A DNA stretch of 64,000 bases from assembly GCA_009694375.1 (NCBI GenBank), contig SHVB01000006.1:51017-115016 (forward strand), written 5' to 3'. This DNA comes from Acidimicrobiia bacterium. GTDB taxonomy: Bacteria > Actinomycetota > Acidimicrobiia > Acidimicrobiales > VFJN01. The notes under the pieces were generated by a model. That model searched no databases. It was given only the letters and a program-made list of their open reading frames with translations, and was not told the origin of the DNA. The translations under genes were made by a program, and so were the position numbers. Below are positions 62,555-64,000 of the stretch, in pieces (the first letter of the stretch is position 1; every line of letters begins with the position of its first letter).

Positions 62555-63232
62555 ATGGATGGGCGATCGACGCGTCCTGGGTGGCACGGGGTGGCACGGC
62601 GTCGAGCTCGTGAGGGTGTGACTTGCATGTATATGGTCATCGACCTCACGTTTGGGACGTCATGTTCGATGTGGCCCGAGCAGCCGGTCGGGACCTACTC
62701 CCTTGGCATGCGCCAACGCCTCGGTGTCGCCCAGGCCCTCGTCGGTGAACCGGGGGCGCTGATCCTCGATGAACCGGCGAACGGGCTCGATCCCGAGGGC
62801 ATCGTCTGGATGCGAACGCTCCTCCGCGACTTCGCCGACCATGGCGGCACGGTGTTGTTGTCGAGTCACCTGCTCCACGAGGTGCAGGCCACCGCCGATC
62901 ATCTTGTCGTCATCTCAGAGGGTGCCATAGTAGCCGCCGGTCGGCTGGACGATCTGCTTGCCAGCTCCACGATCATCGTGCGCAGCCCCGACCCCGGTGC
63001 ACTTGCCACGGCGCTTCACGCTGCGCGGATCGACTACGTCGCCGGGCCGGGAGATGCGCTCACCGTGGACGTCTCCGGAGGTCGGGTCACGACCGAGGTG
63101 GTGGCGGGCGTCGCCCGCGACCACCAGGTTCTGCTCACCGAGTTGCGTCAGTCCGAGACAAACGGGCTGGAACAACTGTTCTTCTCTCTCACCGCCGCCA
63201 AGGCGGCTACGCGCCAGGAGGCTGCAGCATGA
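62555..63232 (+). pseudogene. 5'-truncated ABC transporter ATP-binding gene (Walker A and Q-loop missing)
   Basis: Recognisable similarity starts only at the signature YSLGMRQRLGVAQAL. It continues through Walker B LILDEPANGLDP and the H-loop LLSSHLLHEV, plus a C-terminal domain. No GxxGxGKT/S is found in any forward frame upstream that I read. ATGA overlap with the permease is kept. Confidence 0.65.
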
Positions 63233-64000
63233 CCACGTCACTCTCGCCCCGAACCCTTGGCATGGACGCGGCACCGTCGGCCCTGGGACCTATCCCGTTT
63301 TCACGGCTTGGCCGGGTCGAGTGGGCCAAGGCCACCGATACCCGCGCTGGTCACTGGCTCCTCGCTCTCGTAGCCCTGTCAACCGCCGGGATCATGCTGG
63401 TGCCGGTCCTCGCCCCATCGTCCTTCGATCAGACCTACGCGAGCTACCTCCGCGTTGCCGGCATTGGGCTGTCGATCCTCCTGCCTGTGGTGGCGATCCT
63501 GATGTTCACCGGCGAATGGAGCCAACGCAGCATCATGACCACGTTCACCCAGGAACCGCGACGCATCCGAGTTCTGAACGCCAAGCTGGCGGTGTCGATG
63601 GTGCTGGGTGTTGGCGCTGCAGTCTTCGGCGGTGTGGTCACCGCCGCCGGCATCGGGCTGGCGGCGGCCTCGGGCCGCACCCTGGAGGCAAACCTGACCC
63701 TCGGCGCCATTACCGGCTATCTGCTCTTCCTGCTCATCAATGTCCTCGCCGGCGTCGCGCTCGGGGCGCTGCTGCAGAACTCGGCGATTGCCATCGCCGC
63801 CTCCTTCGCTCTCCCCGCCGGCTTTGCGGTACTCGGCAAGGAATCGACGCTGGTGTCGGATTGGATCGACACGTCCACAACCTGGAATTCGGTGCTAGAG
63901 AACGACTGGGCTGGTCACGTGCCGCAGATCTTGTTCTCGATCGTCTTCTGGGGGGCGGTCCCGCTCGCCGCCGGTTTCGTTCGGACGATACGTCGCGACG
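63229..64000 (+). CDS. ABC-2-type transporter permease (3' partial, runs off the window)
   Basis: Frame read by hand from ATG 63229 stays open to the window end. Multiple hydrophobic segments and FTGEWSQRSIMTTF, typical of ABC-2 permeases. Not in the ORF track because no stop is reached. Confidence 0.75.
   Translation, partial: MTTSLSPRTLGMDAAPSALGPIPFSRLGRVEWAKATDTRAGHWLLALVALSTAGIMLVPVLAPSSFDQTYASYLRVAGIGLSILLPVVAILMFTGEWSQRSIMTTFTQEPRRIRVLNAKLAVSMVLGVGAAVFGGVVTAAGIGLAAASGRTLEANLTLGAITGYLLFLLINVLAGVALGALLQNSAIAIAASFALPAGFAVLGKESTLVSDWIDTSTTWNSVLENDWAGHVPQILFSIVFWGAVPLAAGFVRTIRRD

Noticed and set aside
62580-62599. Tandem GGTGGCACGG x2, considered as a CRISPR or IS terminal repeat
   Set aside because: There are only two 10-nt copies with no spacers, no further copies nearby and no cas or transposase genes. 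It is most likely a slippage or recombination scar.
59663-62680. Intact integrative element (integrase plus att direct repeat) at the tRNA
   Set aside because: I read both strands of the flanks and found no integrase-like ORF and no repeat of the tRNA 3' end (…TTCAAATCCTGCCCCCGCCA). It is reported only as a compositional and scar anomaly.

Overview
This is a densely coded, high-GC 64-kb segment that reads as core actinobacterial (Actinomycetota) chromosome. Taxonomic pointers are two WhiB-family genes, a monomeric isocitrate dehydrogenase, a PDZ-Lon/UPF0182 gene pair and a SenX3/RegX3-type two-component pair. Most of the window is housekeeping:
- TCA and respiration: sucCD, icd, mdh, sdhCAB.
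- One-carbon and purine block: purN-purH-folD-(methyltransferase)-metF, plus a glutamate formimidoyltransferase.
- Contiguous phosphate block: ppk1, pstSCAB, senX3-regX3, preceded by PHO-box-like 11-nt direct repeats.
- Envelope and proteostasis: two HtrA-like proteases, PDZ-Lon, tatA, mreB, a DivIVA-domain protein, UPF0182.
- Others: bioB, moaE, GH1/GH2 glycosidases, an aldehyde dehydrogenase, an acyl-CoA ligase.

The parts that look non-core or unexplained are:
1. A translationally coupled three-gene operon (17919-20339). It starts with a stand-alone PEP-utilising 'swivel' phosphohistidine domain, followed by two proteins I cannot assign. It is flanked by SCP2 and Sfp-type PPTase genes.
2. 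A beta-class SPPY DNA methyltransferase with an unexplained C-terminal extension, plus a downstream ORF with a PD...SxK-like motif (candidate R-M pair, 11895-14329).
3. A DivIVA-domain protein whose C-terminus carries a phage Mu-F/SPP1-gp7-like ...HPGCRC motif.
4. A lower-GC patch directly 3' of an initiator tRNA-Met. It contains a LuxR-HTH gene remnant, an atypically AT-rich argS and a 5'-truncated ABC ATPase gene.
5. A ChlI/MoxR-like AAA+ gene and its VWA partner, separated by an opposite-strand DsbA-GH1 pair.

I saw no rRNA, CRISPR array, intact IS element or integrase. All calls rest on motif recognition by eye and the supplied ORF track. No database search, HMM, RNA-folding or composition program was run, and start codons are often ambiguous.
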